Below, piece after piece: positions 1 through 10,013 of a stretch of 64,000 nt of DNA. The notes under the pieces were generated by a model. The model was not told the origin of the DNA, did no database searches, and worked only from the letters and a program-made list of their open reading frames with translations. Within the stretch, counting starts at the first letter, position 1, and the number at the start of each line of letters is the position of its first letter. A program made the position numbers and the translations under genes. The DNA is from a phage: NCBI GenBank assembly GCA_024686575.1, contig GCA_024686575.1_4863.1. One strand, written 5' to 3'.

Positions 1-176
1 TTACTCTTATTAGTCAGCAAAGCACTTACACGACCGTCTGGTTCCGGCGGACCATAACTCTCCACACGGATACGTTCTGTGGTCAGGGGCGTATAAACGG
101 TTTCAGCATTAAAAGCATTGACTAAATCGAGCAAGGTTTGACTGTGATGGTGGTTAAAGTCAATAACAAAAGACAT
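1..176 (-). CDS. hypothetical protein, 3-prime partial (runs off window start)
   Basis: ATG at 176-174 preceded by AGGAG Shine-Dalgarno; open frame continues to position 1 (MSFVIDFNHHHSQTLLDLVNAF...). Confidence 0.45.
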   Translation of the reverse strand, partial: MSFVIDFNHHHSQTLLDLVNAFNAETVYTPLTTERIRVESYGPPEPDGRVSALLTNKS

Positions 177-221
177 GCCTCGCTCCTGGTATTTGATTAA
201 GGGGGGTCATAATACTTCACA

Positions 222-259
222 GGAAAATAATAAACAGTATAGGGGCCGAAGCCCCTATA
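222..259 (-). terminator. rho-independent terminator (UUCG-loop hairpin plus U-run)
   Basis: Stem TATAGGGGC/GCCCCTATA with CGAA loop on plus (UUCG in minus-strand RNA), followed on the minus strand by a T-rich run. Confidence 0.6.
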
Positions 260-267
260 CGCTGTGT

Positions 268-657
268 TTAGTAATCGTACAAAGGATACCGCGCGGAAAT
301 TTCTTTACCTACCCAAAAAGTTAACCGTAGGTTATTAACTCTGCAGTGTGTTCGTACTGACGGGGCAATTGTCGCTTTAACATTCGACGAACACGTACCC
401 GCATCTATTGGCTGGTACGTCTTGCGCTTTGTGTTAACGAGATAAAAGCCACCACCTGGACACAGTTCAGAACGTCCGTAGTTAACCACAGCAAACTCAC
501 CATTTTCCACCGTCACGACTGGTTCATCTTTGTCGCTGAATTTCACAGGTGCGTCAGTTTCCCACATTGGTTTGTATTGCGGGAAGTCCTGAACAGTAAA
601 CGCGTATACTGACGTAGTAACGCAAATTATAAACACAGCTAATACAGCACGCATCAT
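268..657 (-). CDS. hypothetical secreted protein with N-terminal signal peptide
   Basis: 129 aa ORF; hydrophobic N-terminus MMRAVLAVFIICVTTSVYA resembles a cleavable signal peptide; hairpin terminator immediately downstream. Confidence 0.6.
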   Translation of the reverse strand: MMRAVLAVFIICVTTSVYAFTVQDFPQYKPMWETDAPVKFSDKDEPVVTVENGEFAVVNYGRSELCPGGGFYLVNTKRKTYQPIDAGTCSSNVKATIAPSVRTHCRVNNLRLTFWVGKEISARYPLYDY

Positions 658-659
658 AT

Positions 660-1136
660 CTAGTCCTCTTCCAGATAGGGTAGAAGCCAGTCCATTTTCT
701 CCAAACGGTGAATCATGTTGCGAGTGTTTGGCGATACCTGTAAGGCATCGTGGAACTGTTTTTTGAAGTGATGCCAGTGATAAGAGAAAGGTTTAGTTGG
801 ATAGCCCGCTTCCTTGAGAACCTCTTCCCATTCCAACTTCTGGATAAGGTGTTCGTCAACCAAAACCACAACTAAAGCCTTCCAGGCACTCCGACGAAAA
901 TGCCGGGACAACCGATGTTTTAAATCGGCATAACTTTTTCTTTTACTGGACCGTATTGCTGGTGAAGTCTTACTGTGATGAAAAGAACGTCTCGTAAGAT
1001 TCAGAATCTTAACAGGAGTACCCCTAAGCGAACTGTCTGCAATATTCAGTTCATGCTGAGGAACAAGCTCCACACGGCGGATGACGTTTATACGGGTTCC
1101 ATCCGTATCTCGTGTTTCGTAAGCAACACGTATCAT
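660..1136 (-). CDS. hypothetical basic protein
   Basis: 158 aa ORF tightly packed between neighbouring minus-strand genes; His/Lys/Arg rich; no recognisable motif. Confidence 0.55.
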   Translation of the reverse strand: MIRVAYETRDTDGTRINVIRRVELVPQHELNIADSSLRGTPVKILNLTRRSFHHSKTSPAIRSSKRKSYADLKHRLSRHFRRSAWKALVVVLVDEHLIQKLEWEEVLKEAGYPTKPFSYHWHHFKKQFHDALQVSPNTRNMIHRLEKMDWLLPYLEED

Positions 1137-1153
1137 TATACACTCTCGCTCGT

Positions 1154-1639
1154 TTAGACGAATTGACCTTCTGCCATCGAAAGAAAAATGGGAACGCTTT
1201 CAGCGTAATGAGTTAAAAGCTTTTCCTCCGGTGGCGTGTGTGACGAAATAACATTGTAGTTCGTCATACGAAAATACCGTTGGCCGTCAGCAGCAATATA
1301 CCATCGGTCAATCTGGAAGCCTTGTTGGTGAAAGAATCCCAGCGCGGGAATGTTGGTCGGGTGAACACGACAGCTGACGTGTTTACGATCGGAGTTCTGC
1401 TGAAGATACTTAAGCATAAATCTACCGACGCCGCCGCGTCGCGATTCCTCGGGCACAACCATATAGACCAAATGGCCAGGTTCCCATGCCATGATTCCCC
1501 GCACGATATCATCCTCAACAAACATCGTGAGTTTAATAGGCTCCTCACGAATACTGTTTAAGTCGCGTACCCATTCAACCAGTTCAGGATAAACGTTCGC
1601 AGGAATCTTATCCTCGACCACATTAATAACAAGCATCAC
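1154..1639 (-). CDS. putative GNAT-family N-acetyltransferase
   Basis: 161 aa; segment VVPEESRRGGVGRFMLKYL fits the acetyl-CoA binding motif (R/Q-x-x-G-x-G/A) and is followed by a GFF..GF segment typical of the GNAT fold. Confidence 0.5.
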   Translation of the reverse strand: MMLVINVVEDKIPANVYPELVEWVRDLNSIREEPIKLTMFVEDDIVRGIMAWEPGHLVYMVVPEESRRGGVGRFMLKYLQQNSDRKHVSCRVHPTNIPALGFFHQQGFQIDRWYIAADGQRYFRMTNYNVISSHTPPEEKLLTHYAESVPIFLSMAEGQFV

Positions 1640-2274
1640 TTCTCTCCACTAAGCAGGTATATGGCTTCTGCCAATGACAGGGACGGTTTTAACAGCATGT
1701 GTAGCGGCAGGATTGTTGAACGGTGAAACTGTGCCGGTGTTTTTGCCAGGTGTTCCAGATAGCGATTGACCGACATTTCTTGCCAATCGATAGTAGGACG
1801 AACCCAGCTTATCTGTAACCATTTCCCCAATGAGACGTCACGCTTACCGCGTGGCATAATTATACTTAACTTGTACCCGTGGTCGAACTGACGCGGTGAA
1901 TGACCTGGTTCCCAAGGAACTTCGGGACCTAGCGAGTCTGCAAGAAACCCTTCTTTAATTAACACATTTCTGACGGCAGCGAATATCCGTCCTCGTTGCG
2001 CGGTGATCTCTTTGACATGCGCCATGGCATTTAGTTTACGTTTGGTAATCGCAGCGGAAAGCGCGCTGACAAACTGCCCTTCAACATACGGGGCGTTTAA
2101 GCTGCTACGAAACGGCACTACGTAAAACGCCTCCCACAATACTTCTTCGACTGCCGCCAATAACAATGCTTCTTTCTCAGCTGCAGTAAAATCCACAGAC
2201 AGCATTTTGGTAAACGAACCTAATATAGCGCTAAACGGTAGTAGTACAGACCGTTGACGAAATTGTAATTGCAT
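1636..2274 (-). CDS. hypothetical protein
   Basis: 212 aa ORF; AAAGGAAT Shine-Dalgarno upstream of ATG at 2274; 4-nt overlap with downstream gene. Confidence 0.6.
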   Translation of the reverse strand: MQLQFRQRSVLLPFSAILGSFTKMLSVDFTAAEKEALLLAAVEEVLWEAFYVVPFRSSLNAPYVEGQFVSALSAAITKRKLNAMAHVKEITAQRGRIFAAVRNVLIKEGFLADSLGPEVPWEPGHSPRQFDHGYKLSIIMPRGKRDVSLGKWLQISWVRPTIDWQEMSVNRYLEHLAKTPAQFHRSTILPLHMLLKPSLSLAEAIYLLSGEK

Positions 2275-2314
2275 TTTTATATTCCTTTTGGGTCGTGCTT
2301 ACACAGTAATTTAC

Positions 2315-2365
2315 GTAGACGTAATAAAAAAATAAGAAGCCTCTTCTCCCGGAGGAGAAGAGGGC
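2315..2365 (-). terminator. rho-independent terminator
   Basis: 12-bp GC-rich stem GCCTCTTCTCC/GGAGAAGAGGGC followed on minus strand by TTATTTTTTTATT. Confidence 0.7.
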
Positions 2366-2369
2366 TTAA

Positions 2370-2942
2370 TTACACTTTAGGTGCGGTAGTCTGTTGCTTC
2401 GCGTTGCTCTTATTCAGCTTGTATTCAACAACTTTGGCACCAATGGCCATCGAGTTATAAGCAAGCGTCTTAATCGGCCATGTAAAGAACACGGCCTGAG
2501 CAAACAAAGGTAAGAGCGCCGCAATCAGCACATCCGTTAACTCTTGTGGATAATGCAGGTGTGTGTCCCAGGCCATCACGCCAGTAATCACCACAGTGGT
2601 CAGCACCAACAAAACGATAAGGACTTTCTGCGGACCTTTCAAATTTGGCCACAGAGTCAATAACGTTTCTTTGGCGAGCTTTTCATCCATGCTTTCTACT
2701 GCGGCTTTTGCTTGCGATTCAAACGTTTTCGCCATGTTCCCCACCTGCTCAAGGATGAGGGGGCGTAAAGAAGTAAGAATCACGTTAGCAGGTTTAGTGA
2801 CATCAATTTCAACATCACTTCCCAAAGCGGTCTGGGCGGCTGTTTTTAGTCGTTTACTCTCTTCCAGGCTTAATTTATTGGTGCCCGCCTGGATAAGAAC
2901 ATCCAACACATCCGTCGAGGCTTCTTGCAAAGACTGCGACAT
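2370..2942 (-). CDS. hypothetical membrane protein
   Basis: 190 aa; two hydrophobic helices near C-terminus (VLIVLLVLTTVVITGVMAW and LIAALLPLFAQAVFFTW); terminator hairpin downstream. Confidence 0.6.
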   Translation of the reverse strand: MSQSLQEASTDVLDVLIQAGTNKLSLEESKRLKTAAQTALGSDVEIDVTKPANVILTSLRPLILEQVGNMAKTFESQAKAAVESMDEKLAKETLLTLWPNLKGPQKVLIVLLVLTTVVITGVMAWDTHLHYPQELTDVLIAALLPLFAQAVFFTWPIKTLAYNSMAIGAKVVEYKLNKSNAKQQTTAPKV

Positions 2943-2944
2943 CG

Positions 2945-3595
2945 CTATTTCCTCCGGCGTCTTCCTTTCCGCTTACCGGCCTTAGCTTTAGGAACTTTAA
3001 CCTTGGGCGGAAGAAGACTATTTAGGTTTAATAAGTTGACCCTGACGAAGATATTGCCCACCGCCACGGCATCGATACTGTGTTCATCCAATACCGATAA
3101 GTCGCACCGGGTATGGTTAGCGTAGAGCTTGGTAACCGCTTGCTGCATATGCGATTTATCAGTACCCTTTGCTTCCACACCAACGTACGACTTCACAATA
3201 ATAGGATTAAACCCATGGAGATATTTTTCGGGAAACACGTCCCAAAGCGTTCGCCGCAACATCAGTTGCAACTCCACCCCAGACTCGTACGCTGAGAGCT
3301 TAGCTCTTCGCATGAATGGAGTTTCGGTAGCGACAAAAGTCGGCCTTGCCAGTTTTAAAAACTCGCGAAAGCGTTCTTCTAATTCCACCAAACGCGCATC
3401 ACGTTTCCCTACGCACTCGCCAAAGGCGCTATTGTGCGTAGGGTCCGCAACATGAGCCGTTCCCGCCCAGACAACTTCACCTTGAGGTTGGCCAAATTCC
3501 CAGTCGATAACCGCCATCCCAAGATGGGCGGTACCGGGGTCAACAGCCGCAATCCTCACCATACTGTCGGGTAACCTCGGCTCAGGAATCAGCAT
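2945..3595 (-). CDS. ruvC: RuvC-like Holliday junction resolvase
   Basis: IAAVDPGTAHLGMAVI, VATETPFM, KSYVGVEAKGTDKSHMQQAV and DAVAVG align with the four conserved RuvC segments including catalytic acidic residues; Lys/Arg-rich C-terminal tail. Confidence 0.75.
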   Translation of the reverse strand: MLIPEPRLPDSMVRIAAVDPGTAHLGMAVIDWEFGQPQGEVVWAGTAHVADPTHNSAFGECVGKRDARLVELEERFREFLKLARPTFVATETPFMRRAKLSAYESGVELQLMLRRTLWDVFPEKYLHGFNPIIVKSYVGVEAKGTDKSHMQQAVTKLYANHTRCDLSVLDEHSIDAVAVGNIFVRVNLLNLNSLLPPKVKVPKAKAGKRKGRRRRK

Positions 3596-4482
3596 CAGTT
3601 AGCTGTCCCTAAGAACCACGGTGCTGGCTGGCCGATACGGATGGTCAGTGACAGACGATCGTTGGTCTGTGCCAGGTTAGTGAACAGAGAGATGTAGTAC
3701 AACGCTTGCACACCGATAGCTTCGTCGTAGCTGAACTGTGAACCGGTAGCCGACTCACCCGTTTCAGGGGTATCAACGCCAGAGCACAGCGCAATTTCAG
3801 AGATAATCGAACTGCGCGGCGTGCCACGTAGAATCGCCGTCACGTTCATGTATTCCTGAACATCAAACTCAGTCCATGGAATCACCAGGTCTGCGCCCGA
3901 TTCAACATAACGACCGTCGGGGATCTCTACAGTGCCGTCATCGTCGTAATCGTAGTCTGGGAGTTCTTTCGGTACCGGGTTCAGTTCCGCATCGGTATAG
4001 ACGAAATCTTTGACGGTTTCAACACCGTTTTCGCGAGTGATATCCAGGTCAGTGGTCTTCACTGCGCGCATATCGATACGTTTCAGATAGTACGCCCAGT
4101 AATCCCGCGCGCCGATAGTTTCACGAGTACGGAAAGCGTACTGTTTACGTTGCTCATCAGATAAGTCATTATCCAATGTACGCAGTACCAATGGAACGCG
4201 CGAGAACATCCCTGACGTAATCGGGGATTTCGCGACAGGAACAACGTCTGCCACAACATCAGACTGATCAACAATGTGTCCGCGATTGCCTACGCACATG
4301 TATCCTAAATGCGGGCGTGTAGCGCCATCGGGCACTTTCGAGGTCATGAGTTTATAAAACTCGTTCATCGTGGATTTCTGTGGGTACTGCACGTCAGCGC
4401 CTGTCAATAACGCGGTCGTAAGTCGCATCGCGTTAAGAGTCACTGTTGACAGTTTACCATCGTAAACTTTGGTGTTAGCCAT
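3595..4482 (-). CDS. hypothetical protein
   Basis: 295 aa ORF; start overlaps stop of upstream gene; no recognisable motif. Confidence 0.65.
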   Translation of the reverse strand: MANTKVYDGKLSTVTLNAMRLTTALLTGADVQYPQKSTMNEFYKLMTSKVPDGATRPHLGYMCVGNRGHIVDQSDVVADVVPVAKSPITSGMFSRVPLVLRTLDNDLSDEQRKQYAFRTRETIGARDYWAYYLKRIDMRAVKTTDLDITRENGVETVKDFVYTDAELNPVPKELPDYDYDDDGTVEIPDGRYVESGADLVIPWTEFDVQEYMNVTAILRGTPRSSIISEIALCSGVDTPETGESATGSQFSYDEAIGVQALYYISLFTNLAQTNDRLSLTIRIGQPAPWFLGTAN

Positions 4483-5002
4483 TTAAAAATTCTCCTGGGC
4501 GAAACCCGTCGAGTGCCCGTTTAGTTACCAGCTGCGCCAGCTTACGGGGAGTTGGGTCAACAAAAGTAATCGCAATCGTGCCTTTGAAAGATAGATGGTG
4601 CGGGATTAAGCGCGCCTCATACGATTCCATTTCTGGGGTAATCGGTTCAACCATGATATCGTAGGTGTCGAGCTGGAGACCCAGCTCATCGACAATATAC
4701 GGAACTAATTCATGGCTCCATTCCACCGCACCTTTCGGGACTTCAACCGTTACGTCTTTAAGTAACTTGTTTAAGTCCGCACGAGTCAGGTAAAACTCTT
4801 GGGTGCCGTGTACTCCATTTACAAAGCGCGCCGCAACTTTAGACTCCACGCCTTTAGCGCGTCGCTCTGCTTGGGTCAGCGGCCACACCCCACGTGGGTT
4901 AAACTCGTAGTTATTTTCACTATACGATAACTTAAAAACGTAATTGATTCTCTCAACCAGAATCTGTTTCGGGGTTTTTGATAAATCTATACGGTATCCC
5001 AT
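4475..5002 (-). CDS. hypothetical protein
   Basis: 175 aa ORF in operon-like array with 8-nt overlap to downstream gene. Confidence 0.6.
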   Translation of the reverse strand: MGYRIDLSKTPKQILVERINYVFKLSYSENNYEFNPRGVWPLTQAERRAKGVESKVAARFVNGVHGTQEFYLTRADLNKLLKDVTVEVPKGAVEWSHELVPYIVDELGLQLDTYDIMVEPITPEMESYEARLIPHHLSFKGTIAITFVDPTPRKLAQLVTKRALDGFRPGEFLNG

Positions 5003-5009
5003 AAGTCTC

Positions 5010-7205
5010 TCACTTTGGTAATTGGTCTAGCCGGAAGCCATCCATGTCACGGTCGGCCACGCGCTCGGCAAGCGTCCACTCCTCAAATGACGTCCGCACA
5101 CGGACAACGTCGATAGGCGGCTGTACCATATCGACCACAACATCCTGCTCGACCTTCACACGGATACCAGGGTAGACATTCATCCGCAACTTAATACGTT
5201 GCGGGATTGCCATTTCCTTTATCACGGGAGCGACAGGGATGGGCTTATCCGTCGTCATGAATGAACTACGGCTCACACGCTGCACGTCTGTCAGAGGGTA
5301 AATGATATTTGTTGTATCGGCAGCCTCTGTGAGAATATCATCCAGAATCGGGATGACTGGGTCGGTGACATCGTAGGTGTCAGAACCCATACGTGCGGCA
5401 AAATGGACAGTATACGACGAGAGTTTCGTCATTAACCGCACCATCGCGCGTTGTATTTCAGCTTGTGAGACAGACGCACGTGTTTCCAGATTAGTGGCCA
5501 CGTTTAGAGCGTCGGTGGCGATGTCCTGCCAGGTTTCCGCGGAGACTAACTCGTAATCAAAACCAAACGTTTTAAAGAACTCGTCGTAATCGCGGTAAGG
5601 TAGGTCAAGATCGCACTTATAGTCACGGTAATGGTAGGTAAACAGCATTGTGCCGGCAGCACGGTCGGCTAGCTTGTGTCGATTATACGAGTAACGGTAA
5701 CGACGACGCTTCTGCACCATGATTTCGCTAATTTCATCGTACAACTCATCTGCAGACATCAAATTACCGATAACTTCATGATGCGTGTCCGTGTAATAGT
5801 TAATCAACGCATTAAAACGGCCGGGCCATGAGCTTGGCAGATGCTGTTCCATCTCATCAAAACCAACCCAGCGTTTGATTAGCACACCAAACACATTCCA
5901 CACCGGGATTTTATCCAGTGCTACGCCAGAATAACCTTTGAAGCTCGCATACAAGAACAGTGCCAGCAGCTCTTTTGAAGTGAGCTTTAGCGTGTCCCCG
6001 TTCGTTGGGTTAAGAATTTCGTGGTAAATGTTGTACTGTCCACGTGCCACGATATGCATCCACTCGTTGAACAAGCCATGCATAAATTCCCAACGTTCGA
6101 TGGCCTCTGGGTCAATCGCCGTTACCTCAACTAACTTCGTTGGTAGGTTCGGATACTGCGTCAAGCTCAAACGCCGATCGAGGTCTTCCTGATAGTCAGG
6201 TTCGTGCACTGGGTTATTGTACGCCAGATTGATTTCTTTCTGGATGATGTCAGTTGTGCTAACAATGTCCAGGTCACGGCCCGAGTCACGTTCAGTATAG
6301 TTAAGCGACGACTGGTAGCCGATCGGGAGTGGTGTCAGGTCATCGTCGCTGCCCGTCGTCGGGTCGTGAATCTGCTGGGCGACCTTATATCCAACAGCAG
6401 GCATACCCCAACCTGTCAGCAGGGTGTCAATCATCCAAGTAAAGATTTCTTCCTTACCAGAGTTACGTTCCCAGTAACGGATATTGCGATACAGTGTGAA
6501 TTTCTGCTTGAGGGTCAGGTACGGCATGAACTCGTGCAGTTCTTGGTGCGAAGCCAAGAACTCGGTCACGTAGTAGGAGTGCGTTTCGGTCGTAAACTGT
6601 AATCGTTTGCGGATGTACATGATAAGCCCCGGCCACACCGGGTACTGCTGCATGTAAAAGGCCAGTACGAAACAGTCGTTGTGAACTTTCCAGCCATCGG
6701 CCATGAAACGTACATGTGCCGCACGAATAAAGTTCTCAATATGTGTAATTAACGACGTCTCCTGCGGTTCAACTAAAGCAGGATCGTAATACAAAATTGA
6801 GCAGTCATCGACACGTATCGCGTATGCAACATCAATCGGATTGAAAGTACCGCGAATATATACTGCGTAGTCCGGATACTCGGCGATTAAGTCGTCGATA
6901 TACTCCGGGTTAGAACGATATACGTTTGAGGTCTTTTTATGACGGGAGAGGTTCTGCGTCGTTAACTCTATCTGCTCTTGCGTGTCGAGTGACGTAATGT
7001 ATATCGGCTTGTCGATTGCATGTCGTTTACCTGCTAAGTGTAGGTAATACCGCCACGTCTCACGGTTCTCGGAAACGAAACCGCCGTTTTTGGTTATTGC
7101 CAGGTTCATCTGTTGGGCGATGCTCTCTGATTTGACAATCAGGGATTTCGCTAACTGGATAGCCTGGTCACGAAAAATGTTAAATCTCTGCATCGGAGAC
7201 CCCAA
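5010..7205 (-). CDS. hypothetical large protein
   Basis: 731 aa ORF; track start at 7205 is a TTG, first ATG is 4 codons in at about 7193; divergent from the plus gene starting at 7205. Confidence 0.7.
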   Translation of the reverse strand: MGSPMQRFNIFRDQAIQLAKSLIVKSESIAQQMNLAITKNGGFVSENRETWRYYLHLAGKRHAIDKPIYITSLDTQEQIELTTQNLSRHKKTSNVYRSNPEYIDDLIAEYPDYAVYIRGTFNPIDVAYAIRVDDCSILYYDPALVEPQETSLITHIENFIRAAHVRFMADGWKVHNDCFVLAFYMQQYPVWPGLIMYIRKRLQFTTETHSYYVTEFLASHQELHEFMPYLTLKQKFTLYRNIRYWERNSGKEEIFTWMIDTLLTGWGMPAVGYKVAQQIHDPTTGSDDDLTPLPIGYQSSLNYTERDSGRDLDIVSTTDIIQKEINLAYNNPVHEPDYQEDLDRRLSLTQYPNLPTKLVEVTAIDPEAIERWEFMHGLFNEWMHIVARGQYNIYHEILNPTNGDTLKLTSKELLALFLYASFKGYSGVALDKIPVWNVFGVLIKRWVGFDEMEQHLPSSWPGRFNALINYYTDTHHEVIGNLMSADELYDEISEIMVQKRRRYRYSYNRHKLADRAAGTMLFTYHYRDYKCDLDLPYRDYDEFFKTFGFDYELVSAETWQDIATDALNVATNLETRASVSQAEIQRAMVRLMTKLSSYTVHFAARMGSDTYDVTDPVIPILDDILTEAADTTNIIYPLTDVQRVSRSSFMTTDKPIPVAPVIKEMAIPQRIKLRMNVYPGIRVKVEQDVVVDMVQPPIDVVRVRTSFEEWTLAERVADRDMDGFRLDQLPK

Positions 7206-9946
7206 TGGAAGATATTAGTAAATTAACGGGCGACCCCGCGGTAGCTGCCATACTGCGTAAGTCCACGAGCCCGTCGGCTCAGCAGCAACGCGGTAAGCGT
7301 GAAGATGGCGGTGTTACACCAACCCGTACAGAACTCACAGGTATCGCGAGTAGCCGCATTCGCACCGTTAAAAATGCCGAACGTATCTTTGATGCGCTCC
7401 CTGAGTTAGAGGTCATTGTTACCATCGCGACCTCCTCGCTCCTGTCCACAAAAGATTTGATTAACACCACGCTGATTTACGACAACGTGGCGGATATCCC
7501 GATCGACCTGCGTCAACAGTTGTTAGAACCCGTGCGTGATTTCCATGACCACACGCGCCAGTTGCCCAACAAACTGTATCAGTGGATTTACGATGCACTG
7601 AAATCCAAAGGTGCGAGCCCAGTGTTGCTGATTTCAGATACCGGATTCGATGAACTCTTCGGCTTAAAGCCGTCTGTTGCAACCGAATCACTGCGCCGGA
7701 GCCAATCTGACTTCTTTGAACGTCAGTTGGGTATTCTAGGCAAGATTGGCGGTGAGAACAAACCGAAGGTTGGTGTAGAAAGTATTCTGGGCCGTGCACG
7801 TGGCGCTGACAAGCCCACCAAGCCACAAACCATTAAACTTAACTTTGCATCAGCCCCTAACAGTCCGTTTAAAGCAGACGGTATGTTAGCTTCCCTGGAT
7901 ATCGTTATCACCGACAACCCGCGTATTACCCTGTTACCAGAGGCTTATCGCCGTGTGGCACAGGAGAATGCTCGTACCGGCCTGTTCGGGCAGTTAGAGC
8001 AGTACGCATATGAACAACCTTCTACACCGACAGGTGCGTCAGCGTATAACGCTGACCAGTTCACTGACAGCGAACAAGAGAAGGCAAAACTCGGTTTAAT
8101 CAACATTGGCGACCTCAACGAAGCGTACCAGAAAACGCCTGAGCAAAAGCTTTACGGCGAAGTACCGAAGATGAGTTTCTCCGATGCTAACAAAATCGAA
8201 TACACGGAACGATTACTGCCAGCAGAGTCCACACTCCCGCTCGTTATCGGCGACGATGTTCGTAACCCCATAGGTTATCTGGCCATCGTTGACGAAATGG
8301 GTAACTTCATTAACTCGCGCTCCACACTTTACGGTGATGCGAACTTCATGAACTACCTGAACAACGACGGTATGGTGGATTCAACAATCAACCGTGCAAA
8401 TCTGGGGATGGGCAACACAACCCGAATCACACCAGACATTGCTAACCGCTTAACAGCGCGTTATGGTGAGATTGCTGAAGATCAGCTGACAAAAGCGTTG
8501 GGTGAGGCGTTGGGGGGTGCTGAGATTAGCATGACGGTAACCGAAACGTTCAGCCGTATCATGTTAGCGCGCCATCTGGCAAAACGTCATACGCAGGTTA
8601 TTTATATTCCTGCGGAAAACCTTTGCTACTTCGCCACGGACTTTGATGAAGATGGCATCGGTGTATCTATTACCGAACGTTCGTTCGTTATCTCTACTGT
8701 CCGTATGGCACTGTTGTTCGCTACCATGAACTCTGCGGTGTTAAACTCTGCGCGTCACATGCAGTACGACATTGAGTTGGCACCAGATGACATGAACGGT
8801 CAGAAAACAATTGACCAGTTGAAAACAGACATCATGAACTCCTATAACCGTCGTCAACCGATGTGGGGGGACATGAACGACACCTGGGCAATGACGACAA
8901 ACGCAGGTATTGCGTTCAACGTTATCGGTAACGACTACTACGGTAGTACCAAAGTGTCTGTGTCGGATACCACGCCGGATTATAAATATCCGGATAAGGA
9001 TTTCGACGAAGGTCTGTTACGTCGTACTTGTCACATCGCTGGCGTTGACCCTGACCTGGTAATGACCCCAGAGAACATCGAATTCGCTTCACAGATTTTC
9101 TCTAAATCGTTGCTGGTCACGCAACAAGTTGTTAAGAAGCAAGAGATTCTCTCTAAGCCACTGACACGTTATGTAGTCAATGGGATGTTGGCCTCCCCGT
9201 CGTTACAATCGGCGATGATTAAAATCATTGCAGAGTATATCAATGCTAACGGCAAAGGGATGACTACTGACCAGATTACGAAAAAGGTCTCTGAGTATCT
9301 GGCTGCCTTCATCAACGGTATGAAAGTAACCTTACCACCGCCAGACACCTCAGCAGCAGCCTCGCAGATGGAGTTGTTCGATAAACGTACTGAGTTCTTT
9401 GAGAAGCTGGCTGATCTGGTTGTAACGGATGACATTGCTGCGCAACTTCAGCAGGAAGGCATCTCGATGGACCCGAACGATCTGAAGACGATGATCAAAT
9501 CCTTCTATACGCGCAACTGGCTGCGTAAACAAGGCATTGAAACCGACTTCTTCGATCTGGTTTACGACGATAAATCTCGTCAAGACAACATTACCATGAT
9601 GACTGATGAAGCGATGGCTGCTTCGAAGACGCTGATTCAACTGGCGAAACGCTTTACAGGTCGTCTGGAAACGTTGGCGAAAAATGCTGACCTTGATCCT
9701 AATGATGCTTCCGGCGGATTCAGTGGTGGTTTTGATGCGGGCGGTGACACCGGTGGCGGTGAAGGAGATCTCGGTGGTGGGGGTGACGATGATTTAGACC
9801 TCGATCTCGATACGGATGACGGAACCGACGGGGATAGTACAGGGGAAACGACTGAGTCGACCGAAACCACGGATACAACCACCGAGGGAACGGAAGGCAC
9901 AGAAGACGAAGGGACTACCGACGACAACCCAGACAACGCCCTCTAA
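7205..9946 (+). CDS. hypothetical large protein with acidic Gly/Asp/Thr-rich C-terminal tail
   Basis: 913 aa ORF; GGAG Shine-Dalgarno 5 nt before ATG; C-terminus is low complexity (GGFSGGFDAGGDTGGGEGDLGGGGDDDLDLDLD...); strong terminator after stop. Confidence 0.75.
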   Translation: MEDISKLTGDPAVAAILRKSTSPSAQQQRGKREDGGVTPTRTELTGIASSRIRTVKNAERIFDALPELEVIVTIATSSLLSTKDLINTTLIYDNVADIPIDLRQQLLEPVRDFHDHTRQLPNKLYQWIYDALKSKGASPVLLISDTGFDELFGLKPSVATESLRRSQSDFFERQLGILGKIGGENKPKVGVESILGRARGADKPTKPQTIKLNFASAPNSPFKADGMLASLDIVITDNPRITLLPEAYRRVAQENARTGLFGQLEQYAYEQPSTPTGASAYNADQFTDSEQEKAKLGLINIGDLNEAYQKTPEQKLYGEVPKMSFSDANKIEYTERLLPAESTLPLVIGDDVRNPIGYLAIVDEMGNFINSRSTLYGDANFMNYLNNDGMVDSTINRANLGMGNTTRITPDIANRLTARYGEIAEDQLTKALGEALGGAEISMTVTETFSRIMLARHLAKRHTQVIYIPAENLCYFATDFDEDGIGVSITERSFVISTVRMALLFATMNSAVLNSARHMQYDIELAPDDMNGQKTIDQLKTDIMNSYNRRQPMWGDMNDTWAMTTNAGIAFNVIGNDYYGSTKVSVSDTTPDYKYPDKDFDEGLLRRTCHIAGVDPDLVMTPENIEFASQIFSKSLLVTQQVVKKQEILSKPLTRYVVNGMLASPSLQSAMIKIIAEYINANGKGMTTDQITKKVSEYLAAFINGMKVTLPPPDTSAAASQMELFDKRTEFFEKLADLVVTDDIAAQLQQEGISMDPNDLKTMIKSFYTRNWLRKQGIETDFFDLVYDDKSRQDNITMMTDEAMAASKTLIQLAKRFTGRLETLAKNADLDPNDASGGFSGGFDAGGDTGGGEGDLGGGGDDDLDLDLDTDDGTDGDSTGETTESTETTDTTTEGTEGTEDEGTTDDNPDNAL

Positions 9947-10013
9947 ACAAAAAAAAAGAAAAAGAAATAAGGTTTACCTCTCCCTTCGGGGAGAGGTACC
10001 TTTTCTTTTTTAA
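9947..10013. terminator. bidirectional rho-independent terminator
   Basis: Stem TACCTCTCCC/GGGAGAGGTA with TTCG loop, A-run upstream and T-run downstream; sits between convergent genes. Confidence 0.8.

Noticed and set aside
975-1561. Small plus-strand ORFs (975-1157, 1280-1561) and minus ORF 1264-1548
   Set aside because: They overlap better-supported minus-strand genes in alternative frames and have no translation signals.
7205-9946. DFDEDG segment in the 913 aa protein as a possible RNAP beta-prime NADFDGD active-site motif
   Set aside because: It is an isolated short match with no surrounding beta-prime signatures, and the protein has a low-complexity acidic tail. Treated as coincidence.
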